Assembly: GCF_030028105.1 (NCBI RefSeq)
Contig: NC_092392.1
Coordinates: forward strand, 3,550,613-3,614,612
Direction of reading: 5' to 3'
Source of the DNA: Mobula birostris
Taxonomy: Eukaryota
Length of the DNA: 64,000 nt
In this document: piece by piece, positions 49,291 through 62,389 of the stretch
Layout: each line of letters begins with the position of its first letter
Numbering within the stretch: position 1 is the first letter of the stretch
Position numbers and translations under genes: made by a program
Notes under the pieces: model-generated
Database searches by the model: none
What the model was told of the DNA's origin: nothing
Seen by the model: only the letters and a program-made list of their open reading frames with translations

Positions 49291-51779
49291 TGGTGACCTG
49301 CAGGCTAGCCTTATACCTCCATTGGTACAGACTTATCTCCCCCATGTCATCCAGCTACTCAAAACATGAACAAGGTATCAATTTATTTGGTAAAAAAGGA
49401 GTCAAAGAGTCAGGTATTTAGCAAAGATTTGACCATTCAGTTGCAGAAACTAAATAAGATCCAAGATGAAAGTAAATTTATTATTAAAGTATATATATCA
49501 GCATATACTATCCTGAGATTCATTTTCTTGCAGGCATTCATGGTAGAACAAGGAAGTACAATAGAGTCAATGAAAAACTACACACAAACAACCAATGTGC
49601 TAAAGATAACAAACTGTACAAATACAAAAAGAAAAGCAAATAGTAAGAATAATAAATAATACCGAGAACAGAGTTGAGGAGTCCTTGAAAGTGAGTCTAT
49701 AGGTTGTGGAATCAGTTAACTACTAAGCAGATAAGGTTGGCATTTTCAAAAAATGTTTCTCACGACTTAACATAAATCACTTAGAGCAGCAATGTGAGAA
49801 AGGGAACAAGAAATCTAATCTCCGTGACTCTGGTATTAGTATTTATAATGCTAAATAAATTAAATCAAACAGGACGAAAATGGATTGCTTACAAAAAACT
49901 CCAGAAAACCATTTGTCCTGCTAGTTTCTTAATAAGATTAGTGGGATTTACAGAACAGTACTAAGTGTTGCATTTAAAACGTTTCGGTGCTTGTAGTTAT
50001 TAACGTTGTGATGTATAATTTCACTGAGGATGTTAGCAACATATTACTGAGGTGGAAAGTTTTGCTTCCTGAACAAGGAGAGAATGTTCAGAGTAAGAGA
50101 AAAATGTAGCATTGCAGAAGATAGAAATAACTACTGGAGTTGTCCTAAGATACACAATAAATAAGTCATTAGCTGAAACGTACAATTGAAATTAGGGGAC
50201 ACGACTTAAGTTGTACTAGTGACTCAGTGACTAGCTTCAGTCCCCAAACTTGCATATCACATGACTTCCTGTCCCTATTAATTACCCACAATTAACCTTA
50301 TTTCACTAGATTCTCTATTCTCAAACTTGTTGCTGGATTCCACTTGCACTCACAAGTTGATAAACAGCCTTGAATTAACCCAAAAATACCAGACTTACAA
50401 ACGTTTAGATGAAGAATTTTTTTCACATTTCACTGTAAAATAGTTGATTGCCTAATTCTAAAACTGTCTTAGTTTCAGACTGCCCAACCAGAGAAAGTCT
50501 CTCAGCATTTATCCTGTCAATCCCTTCAGAATCTTCAATGTTTCAAGTGGATCAAAACAGGCTGCAGAGAGTTGTAGACCATCGCAGGCACAACCCTCCC
50601 TAACACTGAAGCCATCTTCAAAAGGCTGTGCCTGAAAAAAGTAGCATCTACCATTAAAAAAACCTCACCACCTAGACATGCCCTGAAGACCCAAACAACA
50701 TTTTAGGAACAGCTTCTTTCCCTGTGCCATCAGATCCTGAATGGGCCATGATTACCTCAGCATTTCTCTTCCAAATAATTTATATACTTACTTATTATAC
50801 TCTATAGTAATATCTTTGTCTTGCACTGTACTGCTGCCACAAAACAACCAATTTCATAACATACTATAGTCAGTGAAAATAAACCAGAGTGCGAGATCAG
50901 CTTTCATTCTTCTGAACTGCTGTGAGAACAGGACAGCCTCTCTCAATATTTCATCAAGGGATTAGCCCTTCTTCTGAGGAATCGATCAAGTAAATTTATA
51001 CCGTACCAATCCAAGGGCGTCTACTCTCTCATTATGGTGCAGTTTCACAAAAAGCCTTAACCAAGCTCTCTTTAACTTTGATCTGTTCGCAGTGAAGGCC
51101 AACACACTGTACAATGTGCAGTTCTGTGGTTTGGTCCAGTGCACCCCAAAATCCTTTAGTAACATGTTTACTAGCTCCTGATCATTTCAAAATAGTTTGA
51201 TTCTAGTATCATGAAGCTGTCTGTCAGAATGGGTTTCATTTCAATCAAACAAATTGAATAACTGTTAAGATTTGTAGCTACGTATTGAGACGGGACGTTG
51301 GGCAATGAAGCAGAGAAGGTTCTGGTGCATGGTCACGAGGAGAATGTACAAACTCCTTACAGACAGCAGCAGGAATTGAACCTACGTTGCTGGCCCTGAA
51401 AATTATTCTACCATGGCACCCATTTAATTGCCAAGTTTTGGAATTAAACATTCCAGCATAGTTAACATTTAGGAAAGATAGACAGGATGGAAAAGGAATA
51501 CATAATAAAGGAGGGCATAAAGGGTGTGGGGAAAAGAACCTCAGTTCAGAAAATTGAGTAGTGGATATTTCACAACATGCGGCGGTGATATTAAAACTTA
51601 TTCTGATTCTGAATCATTTTGGCTGGAGCTATGTAAAAAAAAAGAGCCAGAAAGCACTTGTTATCTACAGGCATGTACACCTCCATAATGTACTAGTACC
51701 ACAAGGGGTTTTATAAATCAGGATACTGGAAGGACATGTAACAGGGGAAATGTAAGACCATGGGGAATTTAAATCTACT

Positions 51780-52580
51780 GTACATACTGACAAGGCATAG
51801 CAAATTAGCAGGAATAGCGTGGAGGACAAAATTAAGGACCAGATACAAATATGATTTTCTAGACCTGGATGTAGAGGAACCAAAAGGGACCGCACTATTG
51901 TAGATATGGAGTTGTGCAATGACAAAGGATTAATTTATGAGCCTTCATTGAAGAGTGATCACAATACCACAGAGCTTTACATGAAAATTGATTGTGATTC
52001 AGTTCAATCTGAAACCAGTGTTGTAAAACATAAATTGGATAGGAAACCTACTTTAAAAGGTATGATAATGGGCAATCAGTAACAAATCAAGAACTAATAC
52101 AGAGCTAATGACAAATATATATGCCTTCAAGAGCATAAAAATTGATCCAATTGCAGATAAAAATAAAGAGCATTAGATCCAAAGAGAAATACTTCCAAAG
52201 AGAACAATAAGCCTCAGAATTGGGAAAAAGTTCAGATTTAGGAAAGGAGGATTTAGGAGAATTGTCAAGGAAAGGGACTGTAAAATACATGAGAAATCTG
52301 GTGAGCAATGTAAAATGGACTGAATGCTTCTACAGATTTGTAATTAGGTAAAAACTAGCAAATGTGGCTCCCTTACAAACTGAGAGAAGAGAAATTAATT
52401 GGGAAATAATGAAGTGCCAGAGAATTCAAACAAGTATTTTGTGAATGATTTCATGGAAGACACAAAAATCCACCCTTAAAATAGTACTGAACTATGAAAC
52501 TAGAGTGAAAGGATTCAGCATGAGGGAAAAATAATGGAGAAATTAATGGGATTGAAAACCAATAAATCCCTGATGTCCTG
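51780..52580 (+). mobile_element. Highly decayed CR1 LINE (endonuclease to linker)
   Basis: Colinear similarity to 62450-63310, e.g. ttaatgggattgaaaaccaataaatccc. Confidence 0.55.
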
Positions 52581-54944
52581 TTTTCCAGCTTTTTAAAGTG
52601 GTGATTAAGGAGTTATAGAGAATGGAGAAAGGCCCCTCAGCACACCCAGTGCATACTTTCCTTTCAGCCAGCATTTATACTAATCCAATATTAATCACTT
52701 ATTCTCCACATAAATCTATCATCTTCTCCCACAACCACTCAACTATGCACGAGGAACATCTAATGTGCATAACTACAAGTCATCGGAACAGAGGAGAAAA
52801 CTGGAGCACCTGGAGGAAATCCACTCAGACGCAGGGTAAACCTGCACATTGCACACAGGCAGCACCGGAGATCATGAATGAACCCATGTGCTGGATCTGT
52901 GTTCTAAAGCTGCACCACTGTGGTGCCATCATCCACACTTCTAGACCTGTTCCCACAAACTGGAAGGCAGTGAACATTACCCCATGACCCAGGAAAGATG
53001 AAAGGAAGCAAATGGAGAACTACAGCCCAGTTTTCTTCACATCATAGGGCTGGCATGTTGGCGAGTGGTCAGTTCATTAATTCAAGTTTAATTATCATTC
53101 AACCATATATGAATATACATGAATACAGCCAGACAAAACAGTGTTACTCCAGGACCAAGGTGCAAAAAGTACCAACAGTCACACACAGCACAAGACACAT
53201 ATAGACATATAAAATAGCAAGCACATATAACGTATCAAACACCTTCATCTGACCCCGGAGAAGACGCTGCGATCAAGCACGCCATCATTTTACTGGAAGT
53301 CTTTCTGGCACCAGCAATCAGGATTCAATTCGTGTCTGTAAGAACCATGGCCACAACTGCCATCAGCACAACCTTGGATCTTGTTGGTCACTGATGCAAA
53401 CAACACATTTTCACTGTATGTTTCGATGTACATGTGACAAATAAAGCTCATCATAAGATTATTTGATAAAGCATCAGTAGCTGGTAAAAGATTAAAACAC
53501 TTTAAAAAGAATTAATTACACACAATGTTCCTTTATAGTCCGTCTACCCAATGAAATGGACTCACTCCTCTTGCACTGACAACTGCCCAAAGTTGACTGG
53601 TTTGGCATTGAACTTATGATTATATTCAACAGAGAATACCAGCAAAACTTGGCAAACCCTTGTCAGGAAGTTCAGGACATCTGCATTTGCATACACTTGC
53701 TCGGGAATTGAACTTCCTCACAGTTATGTGGAAAAACCTGTGCCGGCAGGTGCAGTTAAAAATGTGTAAGCCATCTGAATATATGCTGCACTTGTTGCCT
53801 TTACGCTGAGAGTGAGGAGATGACTAAAACAAACGAGGTTTCATTTCTGAGCCTTCATGTTAAAAATCATAGGTTCCAAAATGAATTTCTTGCAAAATAA
53901 ATAAAGACAATAGGAAGAACAGAAATGAATGAAGCATGGAAACAGGGGGAAATGCACATGAGGAAGAGTATTCCCACTGTCCTCATCATCAGGTTAATGG
54001 ATAAACACTGTAAGATTTAGTGGATAAAACACTACTTCTTTTTCTTCAGTACTGAAAGAAAATTAATTTTTAAACTGTTTAACAGAGTTTGTAATGTCCC
54101 AGTATGATAGACTAAATATACAAATAGCGCAAGTTGAAGTCCAAGACTTTGTAAATCCTTTCCAAATGAAGTTGGAAGTTCAAAGTAAATTTATTTATCA
54201 AAGTACATACATGTCACCATTTTCTTGTAGGCATTCACAGTGGAACAAAGAAATACAACAGAATCAATGAAACGCTCCACGAAGACTGACAAACAACAAA
54301 TGTGCATTAGAAGACAAACGAATATTCCTTCTGTCATTTCATATTCCAGTGTAAGTTATTCACAAAGGTAATTAAATGTTGTTGGAAGCAAAAAGCTTTT
54401 GGGGAATATGGTGTAAAGCCCTATTCTGATTTGAATTCTTACAAGTTCTGAACAGGAGTTGACCAATGAATGTCCCAACAGATCAATAATTGCCCCAAGT
54501 GAAGAATTTGCTGTTGGATTTAAATGATTAGGTCTGTTGTCCAGGAGCCAGTATGCTGCCCAAATAGCCACACACCATGTCCGGCAGGCCTTAGTGACCT
54601 GCTCTGGATACGGAGATCCATACATCCATTCCTGGGAGACATCGCACAATGTGAGCAGGACATCAGGCGATGTTGCATGAGGTACGAGCCCAGGACAATC
54701 TTTTAACAGCTTGCCGCTGACCCAGGCCTTCACAATGTTTTGAAGCATCAACAATGATCAAATGCATTTTAAATTAGTCAGAATAGACTTGAATATTTAA
54801 AATTTAAAACAATTACAACCATTGTGATAAAAGAAAATTAAATAACTTGATTTCCACTCAGGATCAGCAACACCATTCAAACCAGTGGTGTTGTGCTGCT
54901 CATTTCAGAAAAGGAGGAATATCAACCATCTGACCTCATGTTTT

Positions 54945-55290
54945 AGTTCATCTTTACTTTATTGTCGCCAAACAATTGGTACTAGAATGTACAATCATCA
55001 CAGTGATATTTGATTCTGCGCTTCGCGCTCCCTGGAGTACAAATCGATAGTAAATATCAAAAATTTAAATTATTTATCATAAGTAGAAAATAGAAAAGAG
55101 AAAGTAAAGTAGTGCAAAAAAGCCGAGAGGCAGGTCCGAATATTTGGAGGGTACGGCCCAGATCCGGGTCAGGATCTGTTCAGCAGTCTTATCACAGTTG
55201 GAGAGAAGCTGTTCCCAAATCCGGCCATACGAGTCTTCAAGCTCCCGAGCCTTCTTCCGGAGGGAAGAAGGATGAAAAGTGCGTTGGAGG
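54945..55290 (-). mobile_element. Rex1-type LINE 3' end
   Basis: LFILLPSGRRLGSLKTRMAGFGNSFSPTVIRLLN; tail aataaagtaaagatg. Confidence 0.8.
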
Positions 55291-55621
55291 TGAAGTGGAC
55301 AGCAGTAAGGGGAACACCAACAGTTCTCATTGGACCTACCAGCAATATCTGCAAATCCACGAGTTCGCTGGGAGCCAGAGGCTGAACAACTCGGCCTGTC
55401 CTGGGGTTCAAGGATTGTGTCTGTGTGGGGGTGAGTGGGAGAAACAAGGCACACTTTGCTGTTGTTGCTTTGTCATTTGGTATCTTCTGTTTGGTTGTGT
55501 TCTATTATGGACATGTTCTACTGGTGCCTGAATGTGTGGCAGTACTTGCGGGCTGCCCCAGCACAATCCTTGTGTTGGTTGTTAAAGCAAGCAATGCATT
55601 TCACTGTATGTTTCAATGTAA

Positions 55622-56240
55622 CTACCCTCAGTGGCCACTTCATACAGTACAGGAGTAGAACCCAGTATGCTTTCCTGTGGCTGTAGTCCATCTACTTGAA
55701 GCTTTGATGCGATTTACACTCAGGGATTCTCGTCTGTACACCACTGCTGTAACATGTGGTTATTTGAGTTACTATTGCCTTCCTGTCAGTTTGAACCAGT
55801 CTCCTGTGACCTCTCTCATCAGCACGGCATTTTCGCTCACAGAACTGCCACTCGTTCAATGTTTTTGTTTTTCACTGTAAACTCTCAAGACTGTTGTGCA
55901 TGAAAATCCCAGGAGATCAGCAGTTTCTGAAGTACTCAAAATACCCCATCTGGCACCAACAATCATTCCTTGGTCCAAGTCAATAAGGTCACATTTCTTC
56001 CACATTCTAATGCTTGGTCTGAAGAACAACTGAACCTCCTGACCCAGGGGTTCCCAAACTTTTTTACGCCATGGGACCCTGACCATTAGCTGAGGGGTCC
56101 ACGGACCTGAAGTTGGTAACCACTGCTCCTGGCCATGCCTACATGCTTTCACGCATTGATTTGCTGCTATGTGATTGGCCAATTAGATATTTACATTAAT
56201 GAGCAGGTGCAGAGGTGAACTGAGTAAAGTGGCCACTGAA
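55622..56240 (-). mobile_element. Non-autonomous Tc1-like element with both termini, containing a hAT MITE at ~56045-56125
   Basis: Termini ctcagtggccactt and aagtggccactgaa; remnant KKCDLIDLDQGMIVGARWGILSTSETADLLGFS. MITE termini CAGGGGTTCCCAA and TTGGTAACCACTG. Confidence 0.75.
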
Positions 56241-56499
56241 TCTGAAAAGATGAACATAATCCAGCCCAACACAATCATTCTAAAATGCTAATTCTTAATC
56301 AAGTAGAATTAAATGCTGATATTTCAATTCACTGTTTCAAAGAGATCCATCATCCTCTACATAGTTCATTCCAGCATTCACACTGAGAAAAGCAGAGTAA
56401 AGGGCTCGTAGTTTACTGCAGAAATGAGGGTGGATAGGTCGGAGAGTGGAAAATCACATGACGTAACAACCTGGTCTTCCGTACTGATCATTACAAGAA

Positions 56500-56855
56500 T
56501 TGTGAGGCCTTGATAGAGTGGATGTGGAGAGGTTGTTTCCAATGGTGGGGGAGTCTATGACCAGAGGGCAAAGCCTCAGAATTCAGGGATCTCTATTTAG
56601 AACAGAGATGAGGAGGAATTTCTTTAACCCGAGGGTAGGAAATCTGCAAAACTCACTGCCACAGATGGCTGTGGAGGCCAAGCCATTGAGTACGTTTAAA
56701 GTAGAGGTTGCTAGATTCTTGGTTAGTCAGGCAAGGTTGTGGGAAGAAGGCAGGAGAATGGGATTGCAAGGGATAACAAATCAGCTATGATAGAATGGTA
56801 GAACAGATTCAATGGGCCAAATAGCCCAATTCTGCTCCTATATCTTATGGTCTTA
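56500..56855 (+). mobile_element. CR1 LINE 3' end
   Basis: DVERLFPMVGESMTRGQSLRIQG...RRNFFNPRV. Confidence 0.85.
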
Positions 56856-59559
56856 CATGCATATTACTCTCAGTTTCAATTTTAACCACTAAATAACAGG
56901 GGTTCAAAGCTCTCCATGTCTGATTGAGGAACACAGTACGGACATGTGACAAGCTTCATTAGTATTAGTGATGACCATCTCCTACAATTGCCTTCAATGG
57001 AAAAACACAGCTTATAATCACAAGTATTCTCTTGCCATCTCTGTCTGCAAGGCAAATCGATGGGGAGCCCAAGAGGAAGATGATTATGAACATGATTATA
57101 GTTATTGCTTGAATCTCTTAAGGCCGTGTTGTCTAATGTCTGTGGGCTGGTACGAAGCTGCTAGCATACAGCAGCTGCTTCATAAATCAATGCTAAAACC
57201 AATACAGAACCACACTAATGCAGCTAGTGACAGTAAAAAGTTAACACTGAACCTTGGTTGTATCAATCTTCATAAACATGTCCGTGAAAACACCTCCAGC
57301 TAAGTATTACAGCATGTCAGCCCCTAAGGCACACAAAAGGACTGACCCCAGTGGTTTGACGAGGCTATTTCAATAGTCCGCTAAATGGACGGGATTATAA
57401 ATGGTGGACAAGAAAGGGACAGATGCAAACAGGCTTGCATGTTCCAGCATTCTTTCAGCGATAAGGCAGAAGAGATTGTCAAACGCAAATTCTAATGAAT
57501 TTAGATCAGAATCCTCTAATGCTGTTGCTGCAGCTGTGTGCGCAAAATGGTGTGTGTAATGAGGTTCTGATGATGTACCAGCATTCAGCTTTGATTGCTT
57601 CATCATTTGCTGAAGTCCGCCGGGAAAACCTGGGGCTGCTAGAATGACCTTGTCCCAGACGACTTGCTAATGTTCTGACACCAACTATTAAGATACTTGG
57701 TGTTTTGCTCCCCTGTTTTACAATGCATCTCACAGAGTGAGGTCAAGCCTGTTACCAAGATAAAGGCCTTTTTCTCTTTTGTACTGTCCATTTACCATGT
57801 CCTGCAAGTCCTCAAGGGGGAAAATCAGACCAAGTTGATTTATGCAGGAGTTTTTTTATTATTTGTCACAACCCTGCCTTGCAAATGTATTGAATCTGAT
57901 GTTGCCCTGACAAGTTCATTGGTTATAACCAGAAAGAAACACTCTGCACTTAGCTGGGTTCAAGAATGAGAGATTAATGCTATTTACTTCAAATTTGCAC
58001 AGAAAGGCATCCTGCTCAGCTTTCAATTTCAGCCCTCGAAGGCTTAGCCTGCTGGGTAATAAAAATTAAGACATAATTTAAGTTTGAGAAAATGAAAGGA
58101 TTCTCGGCTTTGTGTGTCTTTGTTCAGCAAAGTGTTCTATCCTTCTTTCAGGGAGTCCCTTGTGATCATGAATGACATGTCTCCAGTCTAGTTCTGCAGA
58201 TTTGTCCTTCTCTTTGGGAGTCTCTTTAGATTAAGAAAGTCATGTTTCAGTGCAGATTTGCAGTGGCTGATAGGTGGTGGCGTTGAACATCTACTTGCTG
58301 TTTCTGCCAGGCTTCCCATGCTCCCCAAGGATCTTGAGGTTCTCACTGCCCCTGAATGCATTCCCCAGCTGCGTAACCCTGGGCCAGAGATTCCCCCAGC
58401 CAGGTGGGATGCTGCACTTTTCAAAGGAGGCCTAACCACTTTCCCTGTCTGTCAAGCTTATTATCACTAAACGTATAGACACCTTCTGCCTTCCAAAGTC
58501 TCATTGTGAACCTTTATTGTCAGAGGGCATCACTGTGCAGTGGGGACAAACTGTAAGAAGTACTTTGTTTTTCTCAGCATTGGCTCACAGCAGAGCAGTT
58601 AGCGTAATGGCTTTACAGAGCCAGTGATCATCGATTTGCACCGTTGCCTGGGAGGAGTTTGTACATTCTCCCTGTAACTATGTGCATTTCTTCCGGGTGC
58701 TCTGGTTTCCTTCCTCACTCTAAAGATATACAGCTAGCAGCAGTATAGCACCTGGGTGCTGGCACAAAAAGGACACACTCTCTTGTCCTGGAAATTTGAA
58801 AGGAGCTACGTTTCAGAGACCCCAAGACTGACATGGGCATCATGATCTAAAATTAACTAACATGATGCAGGAAGCATTCTAAATTCCTGCCGCCTGCTCA
58901 ATATTTTTCATAGCATATGAGGCCATTCAGCCTATCTATGATGGCTCTCAGACCAAATTACTTAATCCCATTCACCAATTTATTTCCCTGAAGCCTAATC
59001 CCGCACACAAAACTATTTACAAAGCATCTCGATTCTCCTGTTAGCCTTAAAAGCAATGCACAGTGGTCAACCTCAAAATAATGGGTCGGCTGTCAGAATC
59101 AGGTTTATTATCACTGGGTTGTGAGGATTTGTTGTTTAGCAGCAGCAGTACAGTGCGATACGTAAAATAATTGCTTTAAGTTACAGTAAGAAATGCATAT
59201 AAAAATAAATTAGGGCAAAAAGAGAGTAAAACGACCATTTAGGGCCAAAGAAATTTCTTCATGCAGAGACTAGTGAATTATTGGAATTTTTCATCCAAGA
59301 GGCCCATGGAGGCTCAGTCAATGGGTTTACCGAAGGCAGTGATCAATATTAGTGGATAAGATTATAAGACAGAGGAGCAGAATTCGGCCACTTAGCCCAT
59401 TGAGTCTGCTCCACCATTCCATTGTGGGTGACTTATTATCCCACTCATCCCCATTCTCTTGCCTTCTCCTCATAACCTTTGACCAATCAAGAATGTACTA
59501 TTCAAGGGATAATAAAGGCTGTGCAGAATTGTGGCACTGAGGTAAAGGATCATAATTAA

Positions 59560-59870
59560 CAGAATCAGAATTAAGTTTAATATCACCGGCATATATTGTG
59601 AAATTTGTTGTCTTTGTAGCAGCAATACATAATAATAGAGGAAAAAACTTTGAAAAAAGTTCCAACGTGCATTCGGAAATCAGATGGCAGAGGGAAGAAG
59701 ATGTTCTTGAATCACTGAGTGTGTGCCTTCAGGCTTCTGTACCTCCGTACTGATGGTAACAACGAGAACAAGACATGAGCTGAGTGGTGGGGGGATCCTC
59801 TTTCAAGTATCGCTCCTTGAAGATGTCCTGGATATCACGGAGGCCAATGCCCATGATGGAGCTGCCATAA
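59560..59870 (-). mobile_element. Rex1-type LINE 3' end
   Basis: cagaatcagaattaagtttaat tail, homologous to 12290-12730. Confidence 0.7.
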
Positions 59871-60899
59871 ATGACAGAACAGTCATGAGGTATCTACTAC
59901 TGCTTCTAATTTTTAAGTTGTCACACCAACCAAAAAGAGACTGTTCACTGGAGAACTTTGCTCTACTCATCCTCCGAGGGAGATGGTCAAATCCAGTTTT
60001 CCTTGCCTTGCACCCTCTGCCAAAGAACAAAATGCCCCTCTTCATCAAGGTGCAGAGGTCAGAATGGCCAACAGCAGGTGGAAGATATCCTCTTCCGCCA
60101 CTTCCTATCACCTCTTCTGAACAGCCAGTGGCAGCAGACAGAAGCACTTTGCACTTTGTCCTTTTCCACAACACACCGAGCTTTGCACCCAGATGCTGCT
60201 TTCAGATGCACCCTTCACTGGTTAGCGGGAACACTATGAGTAGAATGCATACCATTCATCAAACGGCTGTGGAACTCTGCAAGTAAGATGCAGCTTGGTT
60301 TTGATACGGAACTGCATGTGGTCAATCACAAGACATGCAAGTTTACAAATCTGGGAGAAGTGAAAAGATAGTGGAGGTGGTTTCTGCCATAAGATGCGGA
60401 AAAATCAGCCCTAAGATAGGACAGGCTCTGGAAGACAGCTCTGGAGGGTACACAGTAAAATACTTCCAGCACTGTAATCATGAGTCACCAGCTTGTTGTG
60501 GTGGCTGTAACTATGGATTGAGGATTTGTATGCTACAGAGGACCATGCCGAAGGATGTAAGCATCTTTTAGAGCCTTGATGTGTCTGTCGGCAGAATGAA
60601 CAACAAGCCACTGCCTCGTTTTGTGACAAGTCCAATGGAAACACTTATACTGAGACAGGAAATATGATTCATATGACAGTGATGTTTCACTGTCGCTGCA
60701 GCATAAAGTACCATCATTTTTCTTCCTGATTTATATCATCAACTGATTTTCACCAATACAGAACAGGGGAGCGGTGCTTGTTTGCTCATTCATTTTCAGT
60801 ATCAGGGCATCACTGGCAAGGCCACAATTTATTGCTGATCCCTAATAGCTCTTGAGAAAGAGGTGAACAGCCTTCTTGAACTACTGTACTTCTGGTGAA

Positions 60900-61300
60900 A
60901 CTACAGCCCAGCCCAATTCAGCACAGGAAAAGCTCTTCCCACCAAGAGCACTGCCACAAGAATGCAGAACCATCAAGGGCTTCCACCATCCAGGCTATGC
61001 TCTCCTCTCGCTGCTACCATAAGGACGAAGGTATGTGAGCCTTTGGTCCCTTACTCTTCAGCCATCAGGCTCCTGAACCAGCATGGGTAACTTCACCGAC
61101 CACAACAAAGAACTGATTACTCAACACAAGCTTTGTACTTACTTTCAAGGACTCTACAATTCATGTTCTTAGTATAATTCATTTACTTCTTAATTTATTA
61201 TTATTTGTTTCTTTTTTGTCTTTGCACAGTTTGCTTTCTTTTGCACATTGGTTGCTTATCAGTTTTTGTTTGTGTGTATTTTTTCATTGATTTTATTGTA
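60900..61300 (+). mobile_element. Rex1-type LINE 3' end
   Basis: Homologous to 13165-13670. Confidence 0.65.
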
Positions 61301-61307
61301 CTTCTTT

Positions 61308-61500
61308 AGCAACACACATAAAATGCTGGAGGAACTCAGCAGGTCAGGCAGTGACAATGGAGGGAGATGAACAGTCAACGTTTTGGCCACGGCCCGTCAG
61401 CAGAACTGAATTGGAAGAGGGTAGAAGCCAGGATGAAAGGGTAGGGTTGGGGGAGGAACATGAGCTGGCAGGTGATAGATGAATTCAGGTGAGAAGGAAA
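61308..61500 (-). mobile_element. Penelope pseudo-LTR with broken hammerhead (61372-61408)
   Basis: Minus strand cagttCTGCTGAcgggccgtggccAAAAcgttgactg. Confidence 0.7.
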
Positions 61501-61829
61501 AATAAGGAGCAGGTTTTAGGAGTGTTACTGGCCAGTCCAGTCGATGATGGCTTCCATCACTGATGATAGGGAGTAAGCCAATAGGGTAGTAGTCAGCGAG
61601 ATTGGATCCAACCAGCTTTTCTGGAGAGCAAGGCTTCAGGACCAATACTGGGATGTTTAGTCCCAGAGCCTTTGTTGTACACACTGTTCTCAGCCATTTT
61701 TTAAATATTTTGTGGAGTGAATAGAATTGGCTGGAACCTGGCTACTGCATTATTTATCTCTTCGGAGGAAGTTGAAAAGGATCAGCCACTTGTCACTTCT
61801 GACTGGATGTGCTTAACAATGTGATAGAC

Positions 61830-62290
61830 TGTAAGACATAGGAGCAGAATTGAGCCATTTGGCCCATCGAGTTTGCTCTGTCATTCCATCATGGCTGACT
61901 TTATTTTTATCCCTCTCAACCCCATTCTCCTGCCTTCTCCCCAAAAACTCTGATGACTTAGTAATCTAGAACCTATCCAGCTCCACTTTAAATATACCCA
62001 ATGGCATGGCCTCCACAGCTGTCTGTAGTAATGAATTCCAGAGTCACCATCTTCTGGCTAAATAAATTCCTTCTCATCTCTATTATACACGATGTCCTTG
62101 TATTCTAAGGCTGTGACCTCTGGCCCTAGACCTCCCCACCGTAGGAAACATCCTCTCCACATCGACACTACCAAGGCCATTCAAAGTTCAATAGATTTCA
62201 GTGAGATTCCCCATCATTCTTCTAAACTCCAGTAAGTACAGGCCTAGAGCCATTAAACGTTCTTCATGTGTTAACCCTTTCATTTCCACT
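61830..62290 (-). mobile_element. CR1 LINE 3' end
   Basis: Homologous to 20305-20780. Confidence 0.82.
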
Positions 62291-62389
62291 TAGAAGTTGG
62301 GTTCTGCCAATACTGAGAATGGGAATTTTCCTGGAACCTTGTCTGTCCATTAACAGCCATGACTAGATGTGACAAGACTGTAGAGCTTT

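Noticed and set aside
57370-57733. Possible upstream CHCHD3 exon among minus-strand ORFs
   Set aside because: No resemblance to the expected SSEFYRVTTEQYQKAAEEVEAKFK-like segment, and I found no such exon in 37565-64000.
59723-60286. 187-aa ORF
   Set aside because: Begins in an antisense LINE tail; no recognisable domain or splice context.
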